Position numbers and translations under genes: made by a program. DNA of 61,991 nt, counting the filler, from Gemmatimonadota bacterium (GTDB lineage: Bacteria; 4572-55; J002): the NCBI GenBank assembly GCA_003697105.1. It is 6 parts of 6 records of this genome, joined end to end, with 100 filler letters (N's around TTAATTAATTAA, not from the genome) between each part and the next. Parts side by side here need not be neighbours in the genome. Positions count along the whole stretch, not along the records: positions 1 to 11,542 come from RFFQ01000100.1; 5 more parts are not named here. The stretch is one strand, 5' to 3'. The first letter of the stretch is position 1; each line of letters opens with the position of its first letter. The notes under the pieces are model-generated. The model worked only from the letters and a program-made list of their open reading frames with translations. It was not told where the DNA came from and did no database searches. Shown one piece after another: positions 1-9,718 of this stretch.

Positions 1-1554
1 GAACAGGTGGAAGTATTCGATGGCGTCATCGATGGAGGCGGTGGCGAAGAGCGCGTTGAACTTGCGTTGGTTGGTGGCGGCGTCGTGCTTGTCGAGGATC
101 GCCTCGACCACCGCGTGCTTGGTGAGCGCTTCGCCGGGCTTGACGGGCGCGCCGTCGGGCTTGAAGTAGTCCACATGGAACCGCAGCACGTTGCCATCGT
201 CGATGGCGTGGGTGATGGTGTAGGCGTGGAGCTGCTTTTCGAAGATGTCCTTGGTGGTGGCCAGACGCGCCTCGTGCCCTTCGATGCGCCGATAGGTGGC
301 GTTCTGCTCGAAGATGGGGGTGCCGGTGAAGCCGAAGAGCTGGGCCTGGGGGAAGAACTCGCGGATGGCCCTGTGGTTTTCGCCGAACTGGGAGCGGTGG
401 CATTCGTCGAAGATGAAGACGATTCGCTTGTCGCGCAGCGGCTCCAGGCGCTTGCGGTATTCCTTGCGGTGGCTGGCATCGAGCGCCAGGCCCAGCTTCT
501 GGATGGTGGTGACGATGACCTTGTCCTTGTAATCGTCCGAGAGCAGGCGCCGCACCAGGGTTTCGGTGTTGGTGTTCTCCTCAACGCATTTGGGCTGGAA
601 GCGGTTGAATTCTTCCCGGGTCTGCTTGTCGAGATCCTTGCGGTCGACCACGAACAGGCATTTTTCGATGTCGGGGTTATCCTTGAGCAGGGTGGAGGCT
701 TTGAACGAGGTCAGGGTCTTGCCTGAGCCGGTGGTGTGCCAGATGTAGCCGTTGCCGCGGTTCTCGTGGATGCAATCGACAATCGCCTTGACGGCATAGA
801 TCTGATAGGGGCGCATCATCAGAATCTTGCGCTCGGTCTGCACCAGCACCAGGTAGCGGTTGAGCATCTCGGCCAGGGTGCATTTGGCGAGGAACTGGTC
901 GGCAAACTCGTCGAGGTGGGTGATTTTTTTGTTGTCCTTCGCTGCCCAGCGGTAGATAGGCAGGAAGCGCTCTTCGACGTTGAAGGTGAAGTGCGCGTTA
1001 TTGTTGTTGGCGAAATACCAGGTCTGGCTGCAATTGCTGACGATGAACAGCTGCATGAAGCAGAGCAGGCTGTTGGTGTAGCCGTTGCCCGGGTCGTTGC
1101 GGTAGTCGATGATCTGCTGCATCGCCTTGCGCGGCGAGACCTGGAGCGATTTCAGCTCAATCTGCACCAGCGGCAGGCCGTTGATCAGCAGGATGACGTC
1201 ATAGCGGTGATGGCTGCTCTTGGTATTGACGCGCAGCTGGTTGACGACCTCGAAACTGTTCTTGCACCAATCCTTGAGGTTGACCAGCTGGTAATGCAGC
1301 GGCGTGCCGTCTTCGCGCTCGAAGGTATTGCGGTGGCGCAAACGCTCGGAGTTCTCAAAAACATCGGGCGTCACGATCTCTTCCAGCAGGCGTCCGAATT
1401 CTCTATCGGACAGCTTCACCCGGTTGAGCGATTCGAATTTCTCGCGGAAATTACTTTCCAGGGCATCCCGATCCCGGATATCCGGGCGGTAGGTGTACTT
1501 GAGACCCCTGAGTTTGTCGATCAGGGTTTGTTCGATTTGGACTTCTTTGGTCAT
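1..1554 (-). CDS. hsdR: Type I restriction-modification endonuclease subunit R (3' part runs off the window)
   Basis: Manual translation from ATG 1554: MTKEVQIEQTLIDKL...RYDVILLINGLPLVQIELK (nuclease motif), HTTGSGKT (Walker A), FIFDECHRSQFG (DEAD-box), FNALFATASIDDAIEYF at the window edge. Absent from the ORF track because no stop lies in the window. Confidence 0.95.
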   Translation of the reverse strand, partial: MTKEVQIEQTLIDKLRGLKYTYRPDIRDRDALESNFREKFESLNRVKLSDREFGRLLEEIVTPDVFENSERLRHRNTFEREDGTPLHYQLVNLKDWCKNSFEVVNQLRVNTKSSHHRYDVILLINGLPLVQIELKSLQVSPRKAMQQIIDYRNDPGNGYTNSLLCFMQLFIVSNCSQTWYFANNNNAHFTFNVEERFLPIYRWAAKDNKKITHLDEFADQFLAKCTLAEMLNRYLVLVQTERKILMMRPYQIYAVKAIVDCIHENRGNGYIWHTTGSGKTLTSFKASTLLKDNPDIEKCLFVVDRKDLDKQTREEFNRFQPKCVEENTNTETLVRRLLSDDYKDKVIVTTIQKLGLALDASHRKEYRKRLEPLRDKRIVFIFDECHRSQFGENHRAIREFFPQAQLFGFTGTPIFEQNATYRRIEGHEARLATTKDIFEKQLHAYTITHAIDDGNVLRFHVDYFKPDGAPVKPGEALTKHAVVEAILDKHDAATNQRKFNALFATASIDDAIEYFHLF

Positions 1555-1937
1555 GGGCAATCCAGTTTGGTTTTTGTGTGTCCAACAACCCATTTCACTT
1601 GAAATAACAAATTTAAAAATGCTGATGTCACCGGATTAGAGGAAAACATTAAAATTCGTTCAGGAATTGGCTCACCCAATTTAATTCAACAAATCAAAAA
1701 CCATCTCGCCGGAATTGGCGCTATTCATACAGCCTAAAAGGTCACTTTTGGCGAAGGTATTGCTTATGCTTGTAAATATTACCCAACTCGGCAGGGAACT
1801 GCACGTTGCTTGGCCATAAATGACGCCAAAACAACCCCATGATATACATCATAGACAGATTCGGCTAATAAAAAGGTTTGCCCTGATAGTGTCAAGTGTT
1901 TTCCTTACGCTTTGCGGGAGCAGACCGCCCTTTACAA

Positions 1938-1966
1938 TTGACAACCAACCGTAAATACGCTATGAT
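1938..1966 (+). promoter_or_regulatory. Sigma70-type promoter for the TPR-CHAT gene
   Basis: TTGACA-17 nt-TATGAT. Confidence 0.7.
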
Positions 1967-2139
1967 TCGGGTCACCAAATTATATAGAATTTGCCACCGT
2001 TAAGAAAGTGTCCAAAACCCCAAAATGAAGCACCTGAGTGCTTGAACCCTCTTTAGAAAGATGCAATTCAGAGCGATACTCGCGTCCTGAAGAAGCATAA
2101 ACCCGCCACACCTTTCCCCGATTGTGGAGACCATATCTG

Positions 2140-5100
2140 ATGAAAATCACCTGGATACTTTTGGTACAGGTCGTATTAGCCTGCCCTATTTTTGCCGGAG
2201 AAATACCGGATTCGTTACGAATTTCCCAATCAGATTCACTGGCGATGCGGGGGCAGGATTCCTTGGCAGTGGGTAATGCCGGTGCCGCCTTAACCTATTG
2301 GGAGCAAGGTTACAATCTGATTGAGAATATCCCTGGACAAGAAGCCCGGATCGCGGCATACCTAAACGCTTTTGGTGTGGCTCACGAACACTTAGGGCAC
2401 TATGACAAAGCCGTTCAGGCATATCAAACCGCCGCTACCTATGCTATCGAACAAGGGGTCTTCTCGACCGCCGGACTGGCGTATAAAAATTTGGGATTAC
2501 TATACCACCGCATCTGGAATGATTCTGAAAAAGCGTTAGCATACACCCGCCAAGCCGAAGAAATGTACCAAAAGGCAGGGGATGTACGTGCCCAACTCCA
2601 AGCAAAAAATGACAGAGTTACCTTCTATTGGGCAGCAGAAGATTACGAATCTGCTTTACAGCTAACCCGCGAATTGATCGAAGGATGGGCAACCTTGCCA
2701 GATAGCCTCGAACTTGCCTACAACTTGCACAATGCCGGTCTTCTGCTCAATAATCTGGGACGCTATGAAGAGAGCGAAGCCTACTTTATCCAAGCGGTAC
2801 CCCTCTATACTCGCTTTGAAGAATATTCCAATTTGATGGAAGTTATCCGCTGGATTGCCATCATGCGCCGCAACCAGCACAAATTTGAGGACGCCATCAC
2901 CACCTCACAAGCCTATATCGAGATGGCACGAATACTTGACCCGAATGCCCTCCTTGATGCCTACGAAACTCTGGCAAGCACCTATTATCAAATGGGAGAG
3001 TGTGAAGCGGCAATTGCCACCTATGACACCCTGTACCACCTCGCCCAAACCGCAGATGACCTAGAACGGCAACGCAATGCGCTTTATTACACCGGTGTCT
3101 GCCTCAAAAATAACGGTGCGTATGATCAAGCGCGGGCAAAATTTGAAGCGGCAGCAACCTTCGACCAGCAACTGGAAAATACGGCACAGTTATCCTTGGA
3201 TTATAACATGATGGGCATTTGCTATGACCAATTAGACCAGCAGGAATTAGCGATTCCGGCATTCTTGAAATCGGCGCAACTTGACAGCATAAATGGCAAT
3301 CCCAAGGATGTGGGAATCAACTACCGCAATGTTGCCCTGATGTACCATGAATTGGCAGATTATACTACCGCCCAAATGTACTATGAGCAAGCGATCCAAT
3401 GGCACCAGACGACCCAAGACAGCAGTGAATTAATAGACGATTTCGATCAAGCCGGCGATAACTTCCAAAAATTAAAACAGTTCGATCTCGCCTTGAGTGC
3501 CTACCACCAGCAACGGATGCTGGCAGAAGCCCGCGCCGATACCCACCAGATCGCGAAAGCGTACCAATCGTTGGGGGAAACCTACCGCCACCTGAAACAG
3601 CCACGGCAAGGTATCGCATATTATGAAAAAGCACTGGCACTTGATCCCAGCGGTATCTATCTGGATTTGGGATATACCTTTAATGGATTGGCATTGTGCT
3701 ATGACGATCTGGATGACTATCCCCGCGCCCTAACCTACTTTTTACAAGCTGCTCAAGCCGATAGTTTAAATGGGGATGAAAGCGATTTTGCCCTGAATCT
3801 GCAAAATGTCGCCCTCACATACACCGACATGGGGCAGTACGATAACGCCGCGGCGTACTATCAACGCGCCCTTGCCATTCACCAAAACCTAAATGATTTT
3901 AGTGAGATGGGTGATGATCAGCAAGGAATCGGAGATATGTTTTATAACACCGGACAATATGATGATGCGTTGCAAGCATACCAGCAGGCATTAGCGTACT
4001 ACCAGCAAGCAAAAAACCAGGCCGGTATTGCCCAAACGTTCGACCGGATAGGCGATGCCTTCTCCAGTACCGGACACGTCGATAGTGCCCAAGCGTATTA
4101 TGAACAGGCAAATACCATCTTTGTAGCGCGGAATGATGCCAGCGGGCAAGCCAGTGTGGCGGTCAGTTTGGGACTCATGGAAACGGAACGTGGTAATACA
4201 ACCGCGGCATTAGACCAGTTTCAACGCGGCTTGGAACTCTATCAAATGCTACAAGATAGCTCCAACATTGCCATCGTTTACGAAAATTTAGGTGTCACCC
4301 TCAACCGCATGGGACGTAATGAAGAAGCCTTTACCTACTACCAACAGGCGATTGAAATCATGCAAAAATTGGGTGAAAACGCGAATCTGGCGCATGTATA
4401 TCAAAATTTGGCGACTACCTATAGCACCCTCGGACACTATCCCCAAGCACGGGATTACTACGAAATCGCCCTAGCGATCTATCGCCGCATCAACGACCGT
4501 AAAAATGAAAGCGCCCTCATAGCGAACCTTGCCTACGTTTACCTTTCTACCTCCAACTACCGCCGGGCAGAAGAACGGTTTATGGAAGCGTTGGAAATTT
4601 CCCACGAAATCGGAGATAGACCCGGACAAGCTATTATTTTTGAAGGACTTAGCGATACGTACCTGCGCCTTGGAAATTACCCTCTTGCTCTTGAATACGC
4701 AAATTTAAGTTTGGAAATCTATCAGGATATCGGTGACCGCTGGGGAGAAGGCGGCGCTTACCTCACCCTCGGCAACGCCTATTTTGGCAAAGATGAGTAC
4801 CAAACCGCCATCAAATTTTATCAAAAATCATTGGAAATTGGACAAGAAACCCAAAATATGAACTTACGCGGTACCCAGTACAACAATTTGGGAGTGATGT
4901 ATTTCCATTTGGGCGACTACGATCAGTCTATGGAACACCTCAACCGTGCGGAAGCACTTTACCACAGCACCGGGGATCGCTATGGACTCGCCTTGACCCT
5001 TGCCAACTGGAGTGAAATGTACACCGAAAAAGGCGACTATGCTCGCGCCTTGGAAAGTGCCACCCGGGCACTGAATATGTATCGTGAGATGGAAGTAACC

Positions 5101-7542
5101 GGGCGTTCCGCCTGGATGATGCATGATTTAGGCAAACTCCACCGGGAATTGGGGAATTATGACCGCGCCTTTGCCTTATTGGATTCTGCCCTAGCGATCT
5201 ACCGCTCAATTGGGCAAAAAACGGACACCGGCAACGTCTTGGCAGAGATCGGCTTCACCCATCAGGAACGAGCAGAATTTGATGCCGCTTTGGATTACTA
5301 CCAGCAATCCTTACAGATCGCCGAAGCGGTCGGACGGCGCAAGGAAAAAGGCAAATTTTTGATGCTTATCGGCTCGATCCACACTGCCCGAGGCGAATAT
5401 ACCCAAGCCTTAGAACGCTATGACACGGTTTACCAGTTATTTAACGAAATTGAATATCGCGTGGGGGTGCGCGATGTGGCGGAAAAACGGGGGAAAGTTC
5501 ATTTTTATTTGGGCGATTATGAGCGCGCCTTACAACAGTATCGCATTGCGTACCACATCGATACGGAACTGGGACGCAAAGTGGCTCAAGCAAAATTGAC
5601 CCTGAAAATCGGACAAGTCGAATTGGCACAAGGTAAATTTAACGCCGCCAAAACAACCTTGAGCCAGATTGAGACCCTTGAGGTCAATACGCCCCGGCTA
5701 AAAGCGGCAGCCGCCCATCGATTGGCACAAGCCAAATTGGCACTCGGTGAAATAGAGACCCTAGACCAACAGCTCCAACAGGCGTTGGAATGGTACCGCA
5801 CCAGCGAAGATCGATTGGGCATGGCAGAAGTGTATTTGACCCAAGGGGATTATCTCTTGCGCCGCCAGCAATACCCAGCGGCAACCGAGGCATACACCGC
5901 CGCCCACCATCTCGCACTAGAAATCGGTGTACCGGAACTGGTCTGGCAAGCCCAATGGGGCATCGGACGGGCATTGGCGGGATTGAACCAGATCGATTCT
6001 GCGGTAACCCATTTACAAGCGGCAGTCCAAACCGTAGAATCATTGCGGGAACAATTGGCTTCCGAAAATATCCAGCAGTCTTATAACACCAACAAGATGC
6101 AAATTTATGAGGAGCTTATCCAACTCCTGTTTGACTTGAACCGCGAAAAAGAGGCGCTGGAATATTTAGAACGGAGCCGTTCCCAATTGTTGCGAGACTC
6201 CTTCCGGGGATTGAATTACGGTACAAATGAAGAAAGCAGTGAAACATTAAATCGTCTCAAGGAATTGGATGCCCAAAATGCCCGCTTAACAGAACAGATT
6301 ACCGCCGAAAAAGCAAAACCATTTGCGAAACAGAATCAGAAAAAGATTGAGGAACTCAGCCGCCTTGTCGCCTCCAACGAAGCCGAATTTAACGAGTTGA
6401 TCTTCATTCTGGAAGCCGACCCCGACTATAAAAACCTGATTGCCATCCGCCCAGACCAGTTTAGTGATTTGCAGAGCAAAATTCCGCCGGGGAGTCTCTT
6501 TTTGGAATACTTCCCCTCCCAAACGGAATTGTATATTTTTGCGATCACGCCGGATCAATTAACGGCTAGCTCGGTTGAAATCCCTCGGGATGAACTGAAT
6601 CAACTGGTCACCCGCTTTCGACGCCAAATGGACCGGGAAGCCATACTCTTGCGGGATGGGATGCCCACCCATGTTAGCAGTTGGCAAGCGGAAACGGAAG
6701 TTGCACCACTCAAAGCCCTTATCACTCAATTATACGCCATTTTAATCCGCCCGATTGCCGCTGCCATTGAACCCGTGGAAACGCTCACCGTCATCCCTAC
6801 CGGGTCACTTTATTATTTGCCGTTCGCGGCGCTCGGCACTGAAGACGAAAACGGCAACTTACAATTTTTGATTGAAACCAAACGGATCACAACCCTCACC
6901 GCCGCCACATTGCAGGATTTAATCGCTGAAAAAAAACCGGAAACCGGCGAAAATTGTTTACTTGCGTTTGGTAACCCCGATGGAACATTAGCAGGCGCAC
7001 TGAAGGAAGTCATTGAAATAAAAGAGGTTTTCCCGGAGGAGGCGTACATCTACACCTTGAGTGACGCCACCGAAAGCCGGGCTAAAACGGAAGCGGGCAA
7101 CTGCGGGGTACTCCATTTTGCCACACATGGCAACCTAGACCCCAACTCGCCCATGCAATCCTTTTTGACGATGGCAAGCGATAATTCCGAGGATGATGGC
7201 AAACTGACCCTTGTGGAAATTCTGCGATTGCCGCTCAAAAAGCAGACTCATCTGGTAACGCTCTCTGCCTGCAATACTGCCATGGGCGAAAACCCTTCCG
7301 GCTTGGAGCTGATCAGCCTTGCTCGTGCCTTTGCGATGGCGGGTACACCATCTCTTATTGCGTCTTTGTGGAGTGTCAGTGATGACGCCACACAGGAATT
7401 AATGAAGACGTTTTACGCAAACTGGGGCAAAATCGATAAAGCCGAAGCCCTCCGGCAAGCACAACTCACCCTGATGGCTCAACCCGAATTTCGCCACCCG
7501 TTTTACTGGAGTCCGTTCGTGCTGATTGGTGATTACCGGTAA
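2140..7542 (+). CDS. Exported TPR-repeat protein with C-terminal CHAT (caspase-like) peptidase domain
   Basis: Signal peptide MKITWILLVQVVLACPIFA from ATG 2140; long TPR array; CHAT motifs VIPTGSLYYLPFAAL, LHFATHG (His), LVTLSACNT (Cys), SLWSVSD, HPFYWSPF. Confidence 0.93.
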   Translation: MKITWILLVQVVLACPIFAGEIPDSLRISQSDSLAMRGQDSLAVGNAGAALTYWEQGYNLIENIPGQEARIAAYLNAFGVAHEHLGHYDKAVQAYQTAATYAIEQGVFSTAGLAYKNLGLLYHRIWNDSEKALAYTRQAEEMYQKAGDVRAQLQAKNDRVTFYWAAEDYESALQLTRELIEGWATLPDSLELAYNLHNAGLLLNNLGRYEESEAYFIQAVPLYTRFEEYSNLMEVIRWIAIMRRNQHKFEDAITTSQAYIEMARILDPNALLDAYETLASTYYQMGECEAAIATYDTLYHLAQTADDLERQRNALYYTGVCLKNNGAYDQARAKFEAAATFDQQLENTAQLSLDYNMMGICYDQLDQQELAIPAFLKSAQLDSINGNPKDVGINYRNVALMYHELADYTTAQMYYEQAIQWHQTTQDSSELIDDFDQAGDNFQKLKQFDLALSAYHQQRMLAEARADTHQIAKAYQSLGETYRHLKQPRQGIAYYEKALALDPSGIYLDLGYTFNGLALCYDDLDDYPRALTYFLQAAQADSLNGDESDFALNLQNVALTYTDMGQYDNAAAYYQRALAIHQNLNDFSEMGDDQQGIGDMFYNTGQYDDALQAYQQALAYYQQAKNQAGIAQTFDRIGDAFSSTGHVDSAQAYYEQANTIFVARNDASGQASVAVSLGLMETERGNTTAALDQFQRGLELYQMLQDSSNIAIVYENLGVTLNRMGRNEEAFTYYQQAIEIMQKLGENANLAHVYQNLATTYSTLGHYPQARDYYEIALAIYRRINDRKNESALIANLAYVYLSTSNYRRAEERFMEALEISHEIGDRPGQAIIFEGLSDTYLRLGNYPLALEYANLSLEIYQDIGDRWGEGGAYLTLGNAYFGKDEYQTAIKFYQKSLEIGQETQNMNLRGTQYNNLGVMYFHLGDYDQSMEHLNRAEALYHSTGDRYGLALTLANWSEMYTEKGDYARALESATRALNMYREMEVTGRSAWMMHDLGKLHRELGNYDRAFALLDSALAIYRSIGQKTDTGNVLAEIGFTHQERAEFDAALDYYQQSLQIAEAVGRRKEKGKFLMLIGSIHTARGEYTQALERYDTVYQLFNEIEYRVGVRDVAEKRGKVHFYLGDYERALQQYRIAYHIDTELGRKVAQAKLTLKIGQVELAQGKFNAAKTTLSQIETLEVNTPRLKAAAAHRLAQAKLALGEIETLDQQLQQALEWYRTSEDRLGMAEVYLTQGDYLLRRQQYPAATEAYTAAHHLALEIGVPELVWQAQWGIGRALAGLNQIDSAVTHLQAAVQTVESLREQLASENIQQSYNTNKMQIYEELIQLLFDLNREKEALEYLERSRSQLLRDSFRGLNYGTNEESSETLNRLKELDAQNARLTEQITAEKAKPFAKQNQKKIEELSRLVASNEAEFNELIFILEADPDYKNLIAIRPDQFSDLQSKIPPGSLFLEYFPSQTELYIFAITPDQLTASSVEIPRDELNQLVTRFRRQMDREAILLRDGMPTHVSSWQAETEVAPLKALITQLYAILIRPIAAAIEPVETLTVIPTGSLYYLPFAALGTEDENGNLQFLIETKRITTLTAATLQDLIAEKKPETGENCLLAFGNPDGTLAGALKEVIEIKEVFPEEAYIYTLSDATESRAKTEAGNCGVLHFATHGNLDPNSPMQSFLTMASDNSEDDGKLTLVEILRLPLKKQTHLVTLSACNTAMGENPSGLELISLARAFAMAGTPSLIASLWSVSDDATQELMKTFYANWGKIDKAEALRQAQLTLMAQPEFRHPFYWSPFVLIGDYR

Positions 7543-7589
7543 TATCCTGTCCCCCACATCAAAAGGACGATAATCCTCCGATTTTCCTA

Positions 7590-7618
7590 TTGACGTTACC
7601 GCAATTAACTCTTAATAT
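7590..7618 (+). promoter_or_regulatory. Sigma70-type promoter
   Basis: TTGACG-17 nt-TAATAT upstream of ATG 7656. Confidence 0.55.
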
Positions 7619-7655
7619 CAGGACTTCTTCGTAACCCACACACAAAACACGGATT

Positions 7656-8816
7656 ATGGAATCAAAAACATTACAACAGATTATCGGGGAATCTCCCGCC
7701 ATCAAACACGTGTTGCGAACGGTCAAGCAGGTAGCCCCGACCAACGCGACCGTTTTAATTGTGGGTGAAAGTGGCACCGGCAAAGAACTCATCGCCCGCG
7801 CCCTTCACGAACTCAGTCCGCGGGCAGACCGCCCCTTTATTGCGATCAACTGCGGGGCTATTGCGGAAGGCGTGCTGGAAAGTGAACTGTTTGGCCATGA
7901 ACGAGGCGCGTTTACCGGCGCCCATGCCCTCCGCAAGGGGAAATTTGAACTTGCCGATCAAGGCACCATCTTTTTGGATGAAATCGGCGAGATGGACCTC
8001 TCTACTCAGGTCCGACTCCTGCGAGTATTGGAAGAGCAAGAATTTATGCGGGTGGGCGGCTCTCAAAATATTCAAGTGGATACTCGGGTCATTGCGGCAA
8101 CCAATCGGGATCTGACTCATGATGCCAAAACCGGGGTATTCCGGCAAGATTTATATTATCGCTTGAAAGTGGTCACGATTGAAGTCCCCCCGCTCCGGGA
8201 GCGCCGTTCCGATATACCCCTCCTGATCGATGCCTTTATCAAGCGGTTTTGCGCAGAACATAATACCCACTTTGTGGGCATCTCAGATAACGCAATGGAT
8301 GTGTTGATGGAATACGATTGGCCCGGAAATATCCGCGAGTTACGCAATTTTGTGGAAAGTATGGTGGTGCTCTCCCCCCACCAAACCGTACGAGAAGCCG
8401 ACTTGCCGGAATATATGCGCCTCCCTAAAGTGAATGCGCCGCCTCAAACGATGTTGGTACCCCGGGAATCCTTATTGCCACAAGTCAGCTCGAATCAAGC
8501 CGTGGATGTGCAGTTACAAAGCCTAATGCCCGTCTTATGGCTAAAAGGATTATTGGAAAAAATCGCCACAGATATTAGTGAACTCAAAGAGATCGCCCAT
8601 ACGATAGCCCAACATACCCCACCGGAATACGACAAAAAAGAAGATTTGGAAACCCTGGAAGTCAAGTTGGGGATGTCCTTACAAGAAGTGGAACAAGAGA
8701 TGATCCGGCGTGCGTTGGAAGCGACAAACGGGCACCGTCGTAAAGCCGCCGAACTGCTCGACATCAGTGAGCGTACCCTGTATCGCAAAATTAAAGAGTA
8801 CGGCTTAGATTCCTAA
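7656..8816 (+). CDS. Sigma54-dependent transcriptional activator (AAA+ and Fis-type HTH, no N-terminal sensor domain)
   Basis: [38 protein letters not shown]-terminal HTH. Confidence 0.93.
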   Translation: MESKTLQQIIGESPAIKHVLRTVKQVAPTNATVLIVGESGTGKELIARALHELSPRADRPFIAINCGAIAEGVLESELFGHERGAFTGAHALRKGKFELADQGTIFLDEIGEMDLSTQVRLLRVLEEQEFMRVGGSQNIQVDTRVIAATNRDLTHDAKTGVFRQDLYYRLKVVTIEVPPLRERRSDIPLLIDAFIKRFCAEHNTHFVGISDNAMDVLMEYDWPGNIRELRNFVESMVVLSPHQTVREADLPEYMRLPKVNAPPQTMLVPRESLLPQVSSNQAVDVQLQSLMPVLWLKGLLEKIATDISELKEIAHTIAQHTPPEYDKKEDLETLEVKLGMSLQEVEQEMIRRALEATNGHRRKAAELLDISERTLYRKIKEYGLDS

Positions 8817-8824
8817 AAAAGACG

Positions 8825-8853
8825 TTGACAAAGGCGTCAGAAATTGTTATACA
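8825..8853 (+). promoter_or_regulatory. Possible sigma70 promoter for tadA and the tRNA cluster
   Basis: TTGACA-17 nt-TATACA; very close to the ATG at 8857. Confidence 0.45.
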
Positions 8854-8856
8854 ACG

Positions 8857-9312
8857 ATGCACGAAAAATGGATGGCAGAAGCCCTCGCCGAAGCCGAAAA
8901 AGCGGCTCAGATGGGGGAAGTCCCGGTGGGGGCAGTAATTGTCTTTGAAAATGAAATCATTGCGCGGGGCAGAAACGAAATGCGTACCCGCCAAGACCCA
9001 ACCCACCATGCCGAAATGCAGGCAATTCAACGTGCCGCAACGCATCTGGGTTATTACCGGTTACTGGGTTGTGACCTGTACGTAACCCTAGAACCGTGTG
9101 CCATGTGTGCTGGGGCGATGGTTTTGGCACGGATTCGCCACTGCTACTACGGTACTTCAGACCCCAAAACTGGGGCGTGCCAGTCCTTGATGAATATTCC
9201 CCAAGATGAGCGGTTGAATCATCGGGTGGAATTAACCGCGGGGGTTTTAGCAGAAGCGTGCCGGGCGCAATTACAACAGTTCTTTCAACAGATTCGTCAT
9301 AAAAACGGGTAG
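8857..9312 (+). CDS. tadA: tRNA-specific adenosine-34 deaminase
   Basis: GEVPVGAV, HAE, TLEPCAMCAGA, DPKTGA motifs. Confidence 0.95.
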   Translation: MHEKWMAEALAEAEKAAQMGEVPVGAVIVFENEIIARGRNEMRTRQDPTHHAEMQAIQRAATHLGYYRLLGCDLYVTLEPCAMCAGAMVLARIRHCYYGTSDPKTGACQSLMNIPQDERLNHRVELTAGVLAEACRAQLQQFFQQIRHKNG

Positions 9313-9323
9313 ATCACAAATAA

Positions 9324-9417
<94 letters not shown>

Positions 9418-9449
9418 TTAAGATACCTGTTTCACCCGCCCGAATTGAA

Positions 9450-9538
9450 GGAGAGGTGGCCGAGTGGTTGAAGGCGCACGCCTGGAGAGCGTGTTAGGCT
9501 AATCACCTACGTGGGTTCGAATCCCACCCTCTCCGCCA
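9450..9538 (+). tRNA. tRNA-Ser(GGA)
   Basis: Anticodon arm CACGC-CT-GGA-GA-GCGTG, long variable arm, GTTCGAATC, CCA. Confidence 0.96.
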
Positions 9539-9553
9539 TTAAATCCAGTTCGG

Positions 9554-9630
<77 letters not shown>

Positions 9631-9640
9631 TTAAAATAAA

Positions 9641-9688
9641 ATAACCCCTCGTAAGTGATTTCAATATCAACAACTTACGAGGGGTTAT
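9641..9688. terminator. Hairpin between convergent tRNA cluster and panC
   Basis: 16-bp perfect inverted repeat ATAACCCCTCGTAAGT / ACTTACGAGGGGTTAT. Confidence 0.7.
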
Positions 9689-9718
9689 TCCATTTTGGAA
9701 TACCCCTACACGTATCCC

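Noticed and set aside
7-1602. Plus-strand ORFs 7..726 and 736..1602
   Set aside because: Codon-aligned antisense shadows of hsdR, which carries all the recognisable motifs.
1973-2139. 6S RNA in the hsdR / TPR-CHAT intergenic region
   Set aside because: Contains TTGAACCC, but no closing long stem with a central bubble and no typical zapA/rny/ygfA context; kept only as an unassigned structured leader.
2140-7542. Craspase (type III-E CRISPR) association of the TPR-CHAT protein
   Set aside because: No cas7-11, csx30/31 or array nearby, and the protein appears to be exported.
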